Made by a program: the position numbers and the translations under genes
The notes under the pieces: model-generated
Seen by the model: the letters and a program-made list of their open reading frames with translations, nothing else
The model's database searches: none
Told to the model about the DNA's origin: nothing
Assembly: GCF_006345805.1 (NCBI RefSeq)
Contig: NW_021833802.1
Location: forward strand, 1-54,399
From: Octopus sinensis
Taxonomy: Eukaryota
Length of the DNA stretch: 54,399 nt
Reading direction: 5' to 3'
Part shown: positions 27,521 to 40,650 of the stretch, piece by piece
How positions within the stretch are numbered: the stretch's first letter is position 1
Layout: each line of letters begins with the position of its first letter

Positions 27521-27860
27521 TAGGTGCAGGTGTGGCTGTGTGGTAACAAACTTGGTTCCAAAACACATGGTCCTCAGCTCAGTCCCACTGAGTGGTAACT
27601 TGGCATGTGTCTTCTGCTATAGCCTCAGACCAACCAAAGCCTTGTCAGTGGATTTTGTAGACAGAAACTGAAAGAAATTAATCGTATATATATGTATGTA
27701 TATATGTAAGTCTATGTGTGTGTCTTTGTGTTTCTCCCTCATCACTGCCTCACAACTGGTGTTCGTTTATTTACTTTCCCGTAACTTACTTGTTTCACAA
27801 GAAGAAAGTGATAGGATAAGTACCAGGCTTATCAAAATATAAAAAAGCACTACACAGTGT
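27520..27860 (+). mobile_element. tRNA-derived SINE
   Basis: GGTGCAGGTGTGGCTGTGTGGT head, B-box-like GCTCAGTCCC and the shared body. Confidence 0.75.
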
Positions 27861-27924
27861 CTCAAATTTTTGTTTGCTCACTCAGTTGTATCTATTAATT
27901 TATCTTTGTGTGTATACATATATG

Positions 27925-28036
<112 letters not shown>

Positions 28037-28037
28037 G

Positions 28038-28091
<54 letters not shown>

Positions 28092-28094
<3 letters not shown>

Positions 28095-28330
28095 TGACGT
28101 ATTTTTGCCATTTCAATATGGCTACCCCTAAGGGTGGATGCTACTGTAGTTTTTAGCCCCAGGAGGACACACTCCTCCAGCTGGCCATAGACACACTTTC
28201 TGTGCCCTGTCAGTATTTGCAAAGGGAAGTCATCCTTCCCGTCTTCAACTTATGATACACACGGACTCGAGTTTCGAGGTATTGACCTCTCGTCAGCGTG
28301 TGACAATCATAGTTGTCGGCGAATTTCTTT
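28092..28330 (-). mobile_element. PLE pLTR-like module carrying the hammerhead
   Basis: About 170 nt downstream of the ribozyme are homologous to 43135-43290 (GCAAATACT...CTGGGGCTAAAAA...GCCATATTGA). Abuts (TA)n. Confidence 0.6.
28258..28302 (-). ncRNA. Intact 45-nt minimal type-I hammerhead ribozyme
   Basis: CACACG-CUGACGA-GAGG ucaaua CCUC-GAAA-CUCGAG-UC-CGUGUG. Canonical core, 6 bp stem I, 4 bp stem II, palindromic stem III ACUCGAGU. Predicted cut after GUC, between 28264 and 28263. Confidence 0.9.
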
Positions 28331-28574
28331 ATTACGATTATAAAATCATTACATAGAAGGACAATACAGGACATACATACAAAAAACAGTTAAGTGGTTC
28401 GATTAAAAATTTTCCATAACATTTGGATTATTCATTATACAAAATTTGTATTTAAATTGTCCTTTGCATGACCAATAGAACATTACATTACATTAACTTG
28501 CGATCTTACCGGTATTTTAAACCCCGGCAACTTATAAGGCCCCGCAGCTTTTCTTTCCTCTCCTCCATCCATAG

Positions 28575-31514
28575 TTAAGCTGGGTTTCTGACACCCACCT
28601 TTTTTGCCACTTCCTTCCATCTTTTTTCATACACACCTCGTGGTAAGATCTTCTTTTCCAGCCCCATTTTGCTCTTCAGATGATATCTGAAGTAAGTGAG
28701 CAAGCCGGGGCCTGAGACAAAGGATCCTATTGCGACTCCTTCCATTCTTGTACGCCACATGCATTCTTTTACTACTGCAACCGTGCAGTGAAAACATGCC
28801 TCACCTTCCTTCGAGAGTCCAGTTGGCGGTATCATCTTAATCATAGACTCAGCCGACAGCTGTACTCGTCCCAGATGCGATAACACGTGTTCTGCGTAAC
28901 TTATCAAGTCTGACAACTTCCGACAGTGTACAAAAGCGTGCTGGACGGTTTCATCGTCCAACCCGCATCTTGGACACGTCGGTGGCACTGAAATTCCGTG
29001 CCGCGATAACTTCTCGCGAACAGGTAAAGCATTCCTATAACACTGCCAGGCCAGGGATCTTTGGAAATTATCCAAATACCCCGTCCTGAAAGTCTTTTTA
29101 AACAGGTTGGTAAGCTGGTCTTCGTCAAACCCCAGGACGTCGTCGTTCTTTGCCTCTAGGACGTCGTCGTTCTTTGCCTCTACCAGCCTGCTATAAAATA
29201 CCGAGGTGGTATTTCCGCAGCCGGCCTTGCCTGCCTTGTGGATCAGCGTGAGTGCCTGTCGGCACTCCTTTTGCCATAAAGTCAGATTCCGTCTTTTGAT
29301 GCGACGGGGTTTAAAATTCACTAAGGAAGCCGGTCTCGGGAAAAATTCCCCTGCCAGCGGACTCCACACCTTATCACCCTCCAGGTGGTGCCAGAGATGC
29401 TTCAGCCTCAACGCATGTCTGCGCATCATCAACCAAGGCATTCCTAACCCACGCTTTAACGGTTCCTGGCAGCAAACGGAGCGCCTCACAAGTGGCTTTC
29501 CTCCCTTCCACAAAAAGCGGAAAAGGATTCGCTCCAACTTGCTAAGCCATGAATCGGGGCAAGGGACAACGGTCAGGCGGTAAGTGATTACAGATGCAAT
29601 GAACATCTGTACCACCTCCGCCCTTCCTTTCAAGGACAGAAACCTTCCGGACCAGGTCCGTACTATGGCCTCCACCTTGCCGTCACCTCACTCCAATCCT
29701 CTCCGTTTGGGAGTCTGACCCGAACCAAACTCCTAGCAACTTAACAGGACCATCCGTCCAGTGTCCCACGACACTGGACGATATCGACTTGCTCCTCCAG
29801 GTGCCGAGGCGCAAGCCAACCGACTTGTCCTTGTTAACCCTTGCTCCTGCCACCGCCTCGTATCCTCTGATAGCCTCTTCTACACAAGGTAGCTGGGCCT
29901 CATTGGACACGATGAGGGTGACGTCATCCGCATAAGCAGTAACCGTCCTCCCACCTCCGATCTCATCCGGTTACTTCCCAGCCTCTCCAACTTTCGCAGC
30001 AATGGCTCGAGAGCCAACACGTACAAAAGTGGTGACAAGGGGCACCCTTGACGAACTGAACATTCGATCGAAAACGGTTCCGTTAGGTAACCGTTTATCT
30101 GGACGGTGGACTTGATGCCGCTATACATAGCGGAGATCCACCCGCGAAATTCAGGGCCCAGTCCAGCCGCTTCGAGGACCGTCGCCAGGTACTTATGGTC
30201 TACCCTATCGAACGCTTTACTTTGGTCTAAATGGACCATTACCCCGCCCTTGCCGGTTAATTTACCCACCCTATCTAAGGTGTAGCGTATAAGGTGAAGA
30301 TTGTCCTGGATCGACCTGCCTGGAATTGCACATGTCTGTGCTTTCCCTACAAGTTTCTCCACGACAATCGTCAACCTTTTTGCCAACACCTTGGCCAAAA
30401 TCTTTAACTCTACATTAAGTAGAGTTATGGGCCTGTAATTACTAATGTTATCCCCCTTGCTCGGGTCTTTCTGGATTAGCGTCACCACTCCCCGGCTTAC
30501 AGAACTGGGAATTCTCCCATTCTGCTGCCAGTTCGTGTTGACGCCTGCCAATATTCCCCCGAACAAGTCCGGCATACTTTGGTAAAACTCGTAGGGCAGA
30601 CCATCCAACCCCGGCGACTTCTCCCCGGCGCATCCGGCCAGTATCCCCTCTATCTCCGCGGGAGTGATCGCTTCTTCACAGTGCCACCATCTATTGTTAA
30701 TGATGGTGCCACACAATGCCCTCTGTACTAACACCTTAATCCGGGTACGGAAGTCTTCACAATTCAAAATAGACTTGTTCAGCTTCCAGTACCCGGGTCC
30801 CTGTCTATGGCACTTATCTAATTGCACCCTACAAGTCACAAATTTGTGATCCGTGTAAGGCACAATGTGAAACTGTGGACAACTAAACGTATCCTTATCT
30901 CTTTTCCTAACGAATATCCTATCTATATACGATCTGTGTGAGCCGTCGTTGTTACTCCACGTCCACTGTGGAACGCTCGGCTCATCCAGTCGATAACGGT
31001 CCACTAGATCAAAGCTCTCTAGTAGACCCTTCAGGCTAGGGTTCCCCTTCCTATTGGTTGAGCCAACACTGTCGACCCGCGCTTGAAGGACAGTGTTAAA
31101 GTCCCCTACTAAGACTACCGTTTTCGACGTCGCTAAAAAGGGCTCCAGATTCCGAAAAAAACCCGCCTGCCTACACTCATTCGGAGCGTAGACAGCTACC
31201 AACCTGAAGGACTGTTTACTTACTTGGGTCACATCCAGAACGACCAGCCTGCCTTCTGGGTCCAGAAAGACAGTACTTACCTGCAAGTCCAAGCTCTTCC
31301 TGATAAGGACTGCCACGCCTCTTCCTCTTCCTCGGCTAGGAGAAATAAATTTCTCGAAACCATTTAGAAGAGGCGAGAACGCTTGGGCCCCGTTCATCTT
31401 GGACTCGGTTACAATAGCTACGTCCACTCCGTGTGTCGTGAGGTCGTTCAGGAAACAAATTTGTTTCCATTTCGACCCCATTCCACGCACATTTACACAA
31501 CCCAGCTTTGCCAT
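28575..31514 (-). pseudogene. Tx1/L1 ORF2 (APE endonuclease, RT, zinc knuckle), frameshifted and internally deleted
   Basis: NVRG, VYAPN, GDFN, SYIDRI, SDH-like YTDH, SPGLDGL, YRPITLLN, DQSKAFDRV, QGCPLSP, YADD (shifted frame at about 29935), CPRC...ETVQH...C. Confidence 0.92.
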
Positions 31515-31541
31515 TGTCGGAGAGAGAAAAAATAAACAAAC

Positions 31542-32973
31542 TTACGGTTGGGACAGGGAGCATGACAGTTTAAATCTGCCTGCTTCCCCTTCTTCCTCCC
31601 TTGTGGTCGTAGCTGCAGGGCTCTTAACCGGCGTTGCCATCGGGCTCTGGGTAGGTGTGGTTGCCGGGGTTATAATGAGTTTACCCTCCATTATTTCATT
31701 CGTTACATCTCTGATGAGATTATTCTTTAAATGTTCTTGTAGTGTTTTTTCCTTCCACTCGTCTTCCTTTATTTTCGCAAAGCGAGTGGTTGATTTTGTG
31801 TCTGTAGACTTACTGAATAGTTTAAATTTTGAAAATTTGAAATACTCGTACACCCTATCGTTCTTCTCGTCAAATGCTATAATTTTTTCATTTTGTTTTA
31901 TCAATTTTTTCAAATCTTGTTTTATGGGGAGGGGCTTGGCGAACTGTGTTCCAATGAATACAGTGCCGTGGAGGTAGGGCTGGGGAATTTGTTTTTTATG
32001 TATCTCTGCGGTGTTTGCTGATTTTTCTTTGTTTGGGGAGGGGAGTCCAGGGTGTTATCTTTTTTTCTTTGTGTGTCACCTGTGTAAAGTCCATTTGTTC
32101 ATTTTCATCTGTTTCGGTTCCTTTCCTTGTCGCAGTTTTGGGTTCTTTTTCCGCCTTTTCTTTTTCAGTGTTTGAAGCACTTTGAGGAGGGGCTTCGTTG
32201 ATTTTCTTTTTTTTTATGCAGTTTGAGCGGACGTGACCCTTTTCGCCACATTTGAAGCACCTAGGTCTGCGCCCCTCCACTGACACTCTCATTGAAGTTC
32301 CCTCCTCATTAAATACCCTATCGGGTAAGTTTTCTAGTATCTTATTTTCTGCTTGAACGAGGAGTTCTAGTGTTTGTCCTTTCCAGTGCACCTCCTCTTT
32401 CCTTCTCATCTACAGAATTGAAACTTCCCGCTCTACGTTGTGCAGGACTGCCGTTGCTACCCACATTATGTCATACCCTCTTGGTATATCCTCTACATGT
32501 AGTTTGGCTGTTCTTTTCCCCATATACGAGGGTAGCAACATGATATCCTCACTTTTCAAGGTCATTGATGACACCTCTCTTGCCACATCAGCCGAGTCGA
32601 AATGTGCTTCAACGGTAGCGCTGCGAGCACCTTGAACAACGTGGAGAATTTTGTCCCACACCGGGGACAAGCACTTTTCTACTATCTCGTTCTTGACATC
32701 CATTATTTTTTTTTCTTTGTTGCGATAAACTTTGTATACAACTGTTTTTGCCTTTATTTTCTGTACCTTCGCTTGCGGCGGTACCAGTTTAATTTCATTT
32801 CCTTCCGTTTTTACCAAGTTCCGGTATTCGAATAACTGTTCAATCTTAAATTCTACATCCGTTACGGTTCCGCCCACTGCGGCCGAAAAAGACTGTTTTT
32901 TTACTTCGGTATCCTTTTGTTCACCTTTTCCCATCACGGGAAAGTCACTCTTCGACGCCAAGTCGAAATCCAT
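31542..32973 (-). pseudogene. Tx1/L1 ORF1 (gag-like), frameshifted
   Basis: Three abutting ORFs (32410..32973, 31996..32409, 31542..31913) and the knuckle RCFKCGEKGHVRSNC. Confidence 0.85.
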
Positions 32974-33119
32974 TTCTCAAATTATGAGAACAAATGTTTC
33001 AAAAAAATTACCTCGAAGGTAATGACAATGTTTAAACACAGAATTTTCTGCCCCGTAGGGCGAAAATTACTGTTACACAACGGACAACTGTTCAATTCAC
33101 GAGTAACACAAACAACGAC

Positions 33120-34472
33120 GAACAAAAATGACATTATATATGGCCTTCATTGATCTGACAAAGGCCTTTGACTTGGTAAGTAGAAAAGGCCTCTTCATCC
33201 TGTTCCAAAAACTCGGATGTCCACCAAAGCTGCTGAGGATCATCAAATCTTTCCATGATGATATGCAAGGCACCATACAGCACAATGGTTCAACATCAGC
33301 CGCCTTCCAAATAAAAAATGGGGTAATGCTCCTACATTATTTGGCATTTTCTCGCTGCTGCTGCTCTCACGTACCTTTCAGACATCAGATGATGGAGTGT
33401 TTCTGCACAGTAGAAGTGATGGGAAACTGTTCAATCTCTCGCGTCTGCTTGCCAAGACCAAAATCAGAAGCGTCCTGATCAAGGAGATGCTATTTGCTGA
33501 TGATGCCGCTCTGGTATCACACACAGAAGAAGCTCTACAAAGGCTCATCAACTGTTTTGAGCAAGCATGTGGTAACTTTGGTTTAGTTATCAGCCTCAAG
33601 AAGACCAACATCATGGGTCAGGTTACATCGGACATCCCAAACATACAGACTACAGGAGGTGGAGAAGGTTACCTATCTTGGCTCTACCATCACCTACAAC
33701 CTATCACTTGATGCTGAGCTCAATATACGCATTGGCAAGGCAGCTGCTGTGATGGCCCAACTCTCCAAACGGTCATGGGACAACAATAAGCTGACCAAGA
33801 CCACACAAATGAAGACTTATCAGGCATGTCTAAATCCACTGTATGGAAGTGAGACTTGGACGCCATACACATGCCAAGAGCATCGCCTAAATATCTTTCA
33901 CCTGCGCTGCCTCCGGAAAATCCTTCGCATCAAATGGCAGAATCATGTCCCCAAGCAAGCAGAAATACCAAGCATGTTTGCACTCCTCACACAAAGACGT
34001 ATGAGATGGCTTGGACATGTTAGCCGTATGGAAGATGGCAGAATCCCCAAGGACATACTCAACGGAGAGCTTGCTAGGGGCACTAGGTCTGTGGGAAGAC
34101 CGTTCTTAGATACAAGAATGTTTGTAAAAGGGACATGAATGCCTGCAACATCAATATTAGCAACTGGGAAGTAGTTGCCAGCAACTGTGGAGATTGGCGA
34201 CGTACCGTAAAAGAGAGAACACAAAGGAGTGACATAGAGAGAGAGGAGAAATGGAAAGACAAGAAAAGACGTCAACAAGAAACTATGACATTACAACCAG
34301 CCAGGCAAAGTCTTCGCTACATTTGCGGCACCTGCCAGAGGGAGTGTTTGTCCGGGATAGGACTACATAGCCACAGCAAGAGATGTGTTAGGACATGAAA
34401 TGTAAAAGCCGGACTAGATTATTTTATGCGCAAATCCATTGTCTCCCGAGACAAAAAGGATGCCAACAACAA
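33120..34472 (+). mobile_element. 5'-truncated RTE-BovB-like LINE, decayed
   Basis: FIDLTKAFD, FADD, YLGS, YGSETW, RWLGHVSRM, terminal C-x2-C...H-x3-C finger and tail GGATGCCAACAACAA. Confidence 0.88.
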
Positions 34473-34736
34473 TATATACGGATTTCGTAGACACGATCTG
34501 AAATAAATCAATCGTATACGCATGTATGTATATATGTAAGTCTATGTGTGTGTCTTTGTGTTTCTCCCTCATCACTGCTTTATTTATTTACATCCACATA
34601 ACTTACTGGTTTCACAAGAACAAACTAATGGAATAAGTACCAGGCTTATCAACATAAAATAAGCACTAGGCTGTGTCTCATATTTTTGTTTGCCCGCTCA
34701 GTTGTATCTATCAATTTATCTTTGTATGTGTGTGTG

Positions 34737-34783
<47 letters not shown>

Positions 34784-34805
34784 TATTATATATATATATT
34801 ATATA

Positions 34806-34844
<39 letters not shown>

Positions 34845-36099
34845 ACACCCTAATAGGAGCCTTAACTCCCAAATTTTAGTCATTTCTTTTATGATCCAAA
34901 ACTAGATCAACAGTACTGAATGGATCTTTATGAATTTGGAAATTATATTTTATGCATAAGGGCCATAACCCCATGACAATTCATATATTTTTGCTGTTGA
35001 TGAAATTTTAGCCATAGATATTAGACACAAATAAAGTCATATTTATTAAATTTCATCTTCTTACAAGTTAGAAAGACCCCTCCATGAGGACTTAAACACC
35101 CACAATTTTGTCATTTTATCTAAGCAAAAACGAATACAGTTGTGCTCATGGAAGCTGTAGGGTTACCCGAACATAAAAGTTGGGCATTATTTCTAATTCA
35201 ATGGTACAACAGTGTAAAAGTTTGCTTTGACATACACTTACATTGTGATTTCTGCAATGTGGTGCATAAATTGTCAAGTAAATGAGTGGCATCTTTGCGT
35301 CCACTGATTCAGTTGCAAAGTGTTGAGTAAAGTTATTTGATTGCAAACTTCCTTTCAGTCTTTTTATTATCACTGAGTCACAGTCCCCAGATGGTAACAT
35401 TGATTTCAAGGCCTTCCCAGATGAGTGACAGATTATTCAAAGATATTTATAGATTGTAAATTTATTCTGTCCAGTTTGCAAACGACCACTATACTGATGT
35501 ATAGTGGTCATTTGCAAACTCCAGAGGTGACACCTTCATTTCTCCTTAGCCCTCACGTGAAACAGTTGTTAATGTTTATTTCAGTTGTGTCACGCCCTTC
35601 CAATTGCTATAATTTGTAATGCATCTTACGGCTGTGCCTATCACCTGGATGGTGAGGAATACAACATTGGGAGTGGTAACGACTAGGGTACTGTAGCTGA
35701 CTGCTAATTGTGATCATTCATCTTTTGGTTTCCTGTAGCTTTGCTCTCTTGTACAAACCCAGTGAACATATATTTCCTATTTCAAAGAAATTCAAACAAT
35801 AGATATAAGAACCAAGCTAAAAAGATTCTCAACAATTCAACTTCCGTGGTTGACATTAAGATGCCCACCCTCAACAGGGGCCTTTACTCTCACATTTTAG
35901 AGCTCCATGATCTTCATTTTTCAGGAGCAAAATCTTTTTAACAGGTTCTATAAGACTGGAATTTTGGAATATGCGCATAAAAATCAGTAGTATGGGATAC
36001 ATTTTGCACGATTACAATTTTCTTAGGGTGTGTAAAGAGGGAAAGAACCCTCATCTGCAATTTTGATGAAATTCAAAATATAGATATTCCACTTCATTA

Positions 36100-36169
36100 C
36101 AGAAAATATAACAGAAAAGTCAAATTCTTCAATTGAATATAACCGGGCAACGCCGGGTATCTCTGCTAG
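36100..36169 (+). mobile_element. Helitron 3' terminus
   Basis: CCGGGCAACGCCGGG hairpin followed by TATCTCTGCTAG|T, matching the termini at 40337 and 41781. Confidence 0.8.
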
Positions 36170-36207
<38 letters not shown>

Positions 36208-36410
36208 ATTAATTGAATGAATTATCTTATTAAGGATAATTCGAAAGATAACCGATACCTGGGTAGCAAATTCACATCAGAAAGAACACGGTTGAAGCTA
36301 CGTCCCTAGGGCATAGACTACGTGTCTTCGTGCTGAAATTTGTATGCTTATTTTAAAATTATAAGTATATGAAAGAATGGAGTTGAACGACTAGTTAACA
36401 AATATCCTTT

Positions 36411-36484
36411 ATTCTCGACATATGTTTCGAAGGCTGCATATTCCTAATAAGGAGTACATTATGCAGATTTCTCATCAGGAAAAT
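36411..36484 (-). ncRNA. Hammerhead with intact core (ACAUAUGU family) in a PLE-derived element (about 36215-36600)
   Basis: AUUUUC-CUGAUGA-GAAAUCUGCAUA...UAUGCAGCCUUC-GAAA-CAUAUG-UC-GAGAAU. Stem II has a 2x2 mismatch. Confidence 0.8.
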
Positions 36485-37134
36485 CAAGGAACTTATGTCG
36501 ACATCAAAATGCACAAAAAACTTTTAGCTGACCGCTCTCAAGGAGCCCATGGCGATAATGAGTGTCTCTTTATAATGAGTGACGTCAGAGTGGCTGAATG
36601 TAGAAGAATCTAGAAGTTTCTAAAGGTTCAAGAGTTCAAACGAAGTAGGAGGAGGGAGGCATAAGAATAGTAAGGTGAGAGAGTGCAGGTCAAAAGAATG
36701 GTGGGTTTAAATGATTTCTTTTGTGAATGAGTGCTTGTGTGTGTGACTGTATATAACTGTCTTAATGTGTGTATGTGTGTGTCTGAATGCGTGATTGTGT
36801 TTGTGGGTGGGTAGATGTCAGAGAACTGAAAAAGGATGTCAGAAAACTGAAACTGATGTCAGAAAAAGGAATTTCACTGCAGCCGTACACTTCTATACAA
36901 GAGGGAGGACAAGATCCAATTGATCGAAATTGCAAGAGACGGGCCTACAATTCCAGTCTGTTATATATTTTGAGTATTGTTATCACTAGCGATATCAAGA
37001 TATAACTTTGTATTTTGTATTTTATGTGTAGATGTATATATATAGATGTACATGTAATATGTACACATATATATATACACATATATACATGCATAATATA
37101 TCTACCCATACACACATACGCACGCACACATACA

Positions 37135-37270
37135 TAGGGGCAGGTGTGGCTGTGTGGTAACAAACTACGTTACAAACACATGGTCCTGGGTTCAGTCCCA
37201 CTGTGTGATGACTTGGCATGTGTCATCTGCTGTAGCCTCAGACCAACAAAAGCCTTCTCAGTGGATTTTG
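37135..37270 (+). mobile_element. SINE head
   Basis: TGGCTGTGTGG A-box and GGGTTCAGTCCC B-box; very similar to 27520-27660. Confidence 0.75.
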
Positions 37271-37329
37271 TACATATATACAGGCATACATACATATATA
37301 TACTTGCATACGTACATATTCGGCATAAA

Positions 37330-40300
37330 CACTCTACCACTACAACTAATAACTGTTGGGAACACTTTCAAACCTGCCTTACATTCGAATCGGAATATCA
37401 ATGCCCGAGTTTTCCATCTGAAGTTAATCTCTCTCATAGAGGTCATACAAAAAGGGCAAGTCTTTGGGCCTATACAATGTGACATGTACACAATCGAGTG
37501 GCAAAAAAGGGGCCTTCCACATGTTCATATCCTGCTTTGGCTCTCAGTGAAGATCAATTCCAATGAATTCAACAAGATAATCTCTGCAGAGCTTCCTGAT
37601 CCAGCTTTAGACAAAGAACTATAGGAAATAGTTAAAGCAAACATGGTACATGGACCAGTGGACGTGGATTCAGCATAAACACACCATGCTTGAAGGATAG
37701 CATATGTTCAAAAAGATTTCCAAGGAGGTTCCTACAAGAAACTCAGACAGGTGCTGATGGATATCCATCATAGAGACGCAGAAAACCAGAAGACGGAGGT
37801 TTCACAGCAACTATTGGAAGCACGATATTGATAGTAGATGGATTGTTCCATACTGCCCACTTCTGTCAAAGACTTTCAATGCCCACAGCAACGTTGAGTT
37901 TTGCAACTCCGTTAAATCCATCAAGTACGTTTGCAAATATGTAAACAAAGGTTCTGACGCTGCAATGTTTGGACTTCAACAAGAATACTACCAGGATGAG
38001 GTGACGCATTATCAGGTGGGACGGTACACAAGTAGAAATGAGGCTTTCTGGCACATCTTTGGCTTTCCAATTCACCAACGACACCCCGCCATTCAACAGC
38101 TTGCAGTGCACCTGGAAAATGGTCAAAGAGTGTACTTCACCGATGCTAATACTTCTCTGTTGGCAGAGGAACCAAGGGATAGCACACTCACTGCATTCTT
38201 CAAGCTTCGTCAAGTAGATCCTGGCATTAAGTTTCACACTTGCCTTGGGCGAGTATACACAGTGCATCCCACTCAACAACAGTGCTTCTACCTTCGTCTA
38301 CTACTGCATGAGGTCAGAGGGCCAACGTCTTTCCAGGCCCTAAAAACCGTTCATGGACATGTTTGCACAACATACAGAGAAGCCTGCTATCGACAAGGTC
38401 TGTTAGAAGATGGTGCACAATGGGATGCAACTTTAGGAGAGGCTGCTTTATCACAATCACCTAAAAGTCTCAGGGCACTATTTGCAGTATTACTACAGGC
38501 ATGCGAACTGTGTGATCCGGCCACTCTATGGCTCAAATATATTGACAACCTGGCTGAAGACTTTCAGCGCCAAGCTCAAGTGCTCTATCCTGACATGGAG
38601 GGTATCAGCAATTAAATCTATAACAAAACACTCATTGACATTGAAGACAGAATTGCTAAACTGGGTGGAAATAAGTTGTCGACGTATGGCCTGCCACAAG
38701 CATTCAGGTCAGGGTCAAATAGCCTTCCCACTGCTGTCATTCGTGAAACAGCCTACGAAACTCAAGCGCTTTCAAAGTACATTGTTGAAAATGAGCCTAA
38801 ATTACTTCCGGGCCAGCTGCAGGCCTACAGAACTATTCTTAACAGTGTACGCCAACGCGAGGGACGAATCTTCTTCCTCGATGCTCCTGGAGGGACAGGA
38901 AAAACATTTATTACAAAGCTTCTCCTTGCAGAAGTTAGGCAGCATCAGGACATTGCAGTAGCTGTAGCCTCCTCTGGCATTGCAGTTACTTTGTTACCCG
39001 GTGGCAGGACAGCACACTCAACTTTTAAACTCCTTCTCAATTTAGCAGCATCCGAAATGCCTTCATTCACCATCAACAAAAGCTCAGATCAGGGACAAGT
39101 ACTTAAATGTGTCAGTTAATTGTCTGGGATGAGTGCACCATGGCTCACAAGGGAGCTTTGGAAGCATTAGATAGAGCCCTGAAAGACACCCGAGACTGTC
39201 AGGCTCCAATGGGAGGTGTAACGCTTCAGTTGTCAGGTGATTCCAGGCAAACTCTTCCTGTCATTCCGAAAGGCACTAGAGCAGATGAAGTCCAAGCATG
39301 CCTAAAGTCCTCTACCCTGTGGCATCATGTTACAATCCTCAGTCTCACCACTAACATGAGAGCTCAGCTACACGGCGACAAAATGTCCACAAAGTTTGCA
39401 CAGGACATTTTGACACTTGGTGAAGGCAAGATGCCTCTCGATGGTGCAGGACAAATGGAAGTGTAGTCATTTTCCTCTGTTGTTTATTCTGTAGATGACC
39501 TCAAAAACAAAGTCTTTCCCAACTTCACACAAAACTACCAAAATCATAATTGGCTGTGTGAAAGAGCAATATTAGCTCCAAAAAACGTTGCTGTTAACAA
39601 AATTAATCAACAGCTAATGCATTCTCTTCCCGGCACTATACACAATTACAAGTCTGTTCATACAATTCCAGATATAAATGAAGTTGTGAACTATCCTCCT
39701 GAATTTCTCAATTCACTGGAGCCTCCTGGACTACCTCCACACATATTAGCACTTAAAGTTGGAACTCCTGTAATGCTACTCTGCAATCTGGAACCACCAA
39801 GACTTTTCAATGGAACACGACTGGTGATAAATAAAATGATGTCACACGTTATCGAGGCGATCATTCTTTCTGGATGTGGAAAAGGTGATGACGTCTTTAT
39901 TCCAAGATTTCCTCTTACTCCATCAGGAGCAGAAATTCCATTTAAATTCAGAAGACTGCAATTCCCCCTTCGTGTCAGCTTTGCCATGTCCATTAACAAA
40001 TCTCAGGGTCAAACCCTCTCTGTAGCTGGTCTTCTCTTGGAAGAGTCCTGCTTCTCGCATGGGCAGCTGTATTTTGGCTGCTTAAGAGTAGGAACCAAAA
40101 GAAAACCTTTTTGTATGCTCCACAAAGAAAAACAAGGAACATTGTTTACAACGAGGTATTATAATCTCAACAGCCAGGAGGTATATACATGATCCCCTTT
40201 TTTTAACAAACTTCATGTACTTTCATGTATTTATATTAATATACATATACATGTATGTGTGGTATCCATGTAAATATAACAGAAAAGTCTAATTCTTCAA

Positions 40301-40337
40301 TTGAATGTAACTGGGCAACGCTGGGTATCTCTGCTAG
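37330..40337 (+). mobile_element. 5'-truncated autonomous-type Helitron (Rep + Pif1 helicase), decayed
   Basis: Rep motifs EWQKRGLPHVH and KYVCKYVNKG; helicase motifs APGGTGKT, ASSGIA, DECTM, FAMSINKSQGQT; ends with hairpin and CTAG|T. Confidence 0.93.
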
Positions 40338-40450
<113 letters not shown>

Positions 40451-40454
40451 TATA

Positions 40455-40650
40455 ACATCCATATACATACAATAGAGAGATGTTTTTGTTTCACTTTTAA
40501 CACGTAATACTGAAATAGTGGAGAAGATATGATATTACTGTGGGCTCGCCTAAGTAAGGCATGTGTAAAATTTGAATGAAATTGGTTGTGTAGTTCTCAA
40601 GTTTTAGGGAAACACACAGACAGACATTCTCAGTTTTATATATAGAGAGA
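40455..40650 (-). mobile_element. Helitron 5' terminal fragment
   Basis: A|TCTCTCTATATATAAAACTGAGAATG on the minus strand, homologous to 26965-27200. Confidence 0.75.

Larger units (their letters stand above)
28340..33118 (-). mobile_element. Near full-length L1/Tx1-clade LINE; the 3' boundary is uncertain
   Basis: About 150 bp 5'UTR, ORF1 with CCHC knuckle, 27-bp spacer, ORF2 with APE + RT + C-terminal CCHC. Confidence 0.9.

Noticed and set aside
27520-27600. tRNA gene
   Set aside because: It has A/B-box-like motifs only, and continues into a SINE body with no cloverleaf.
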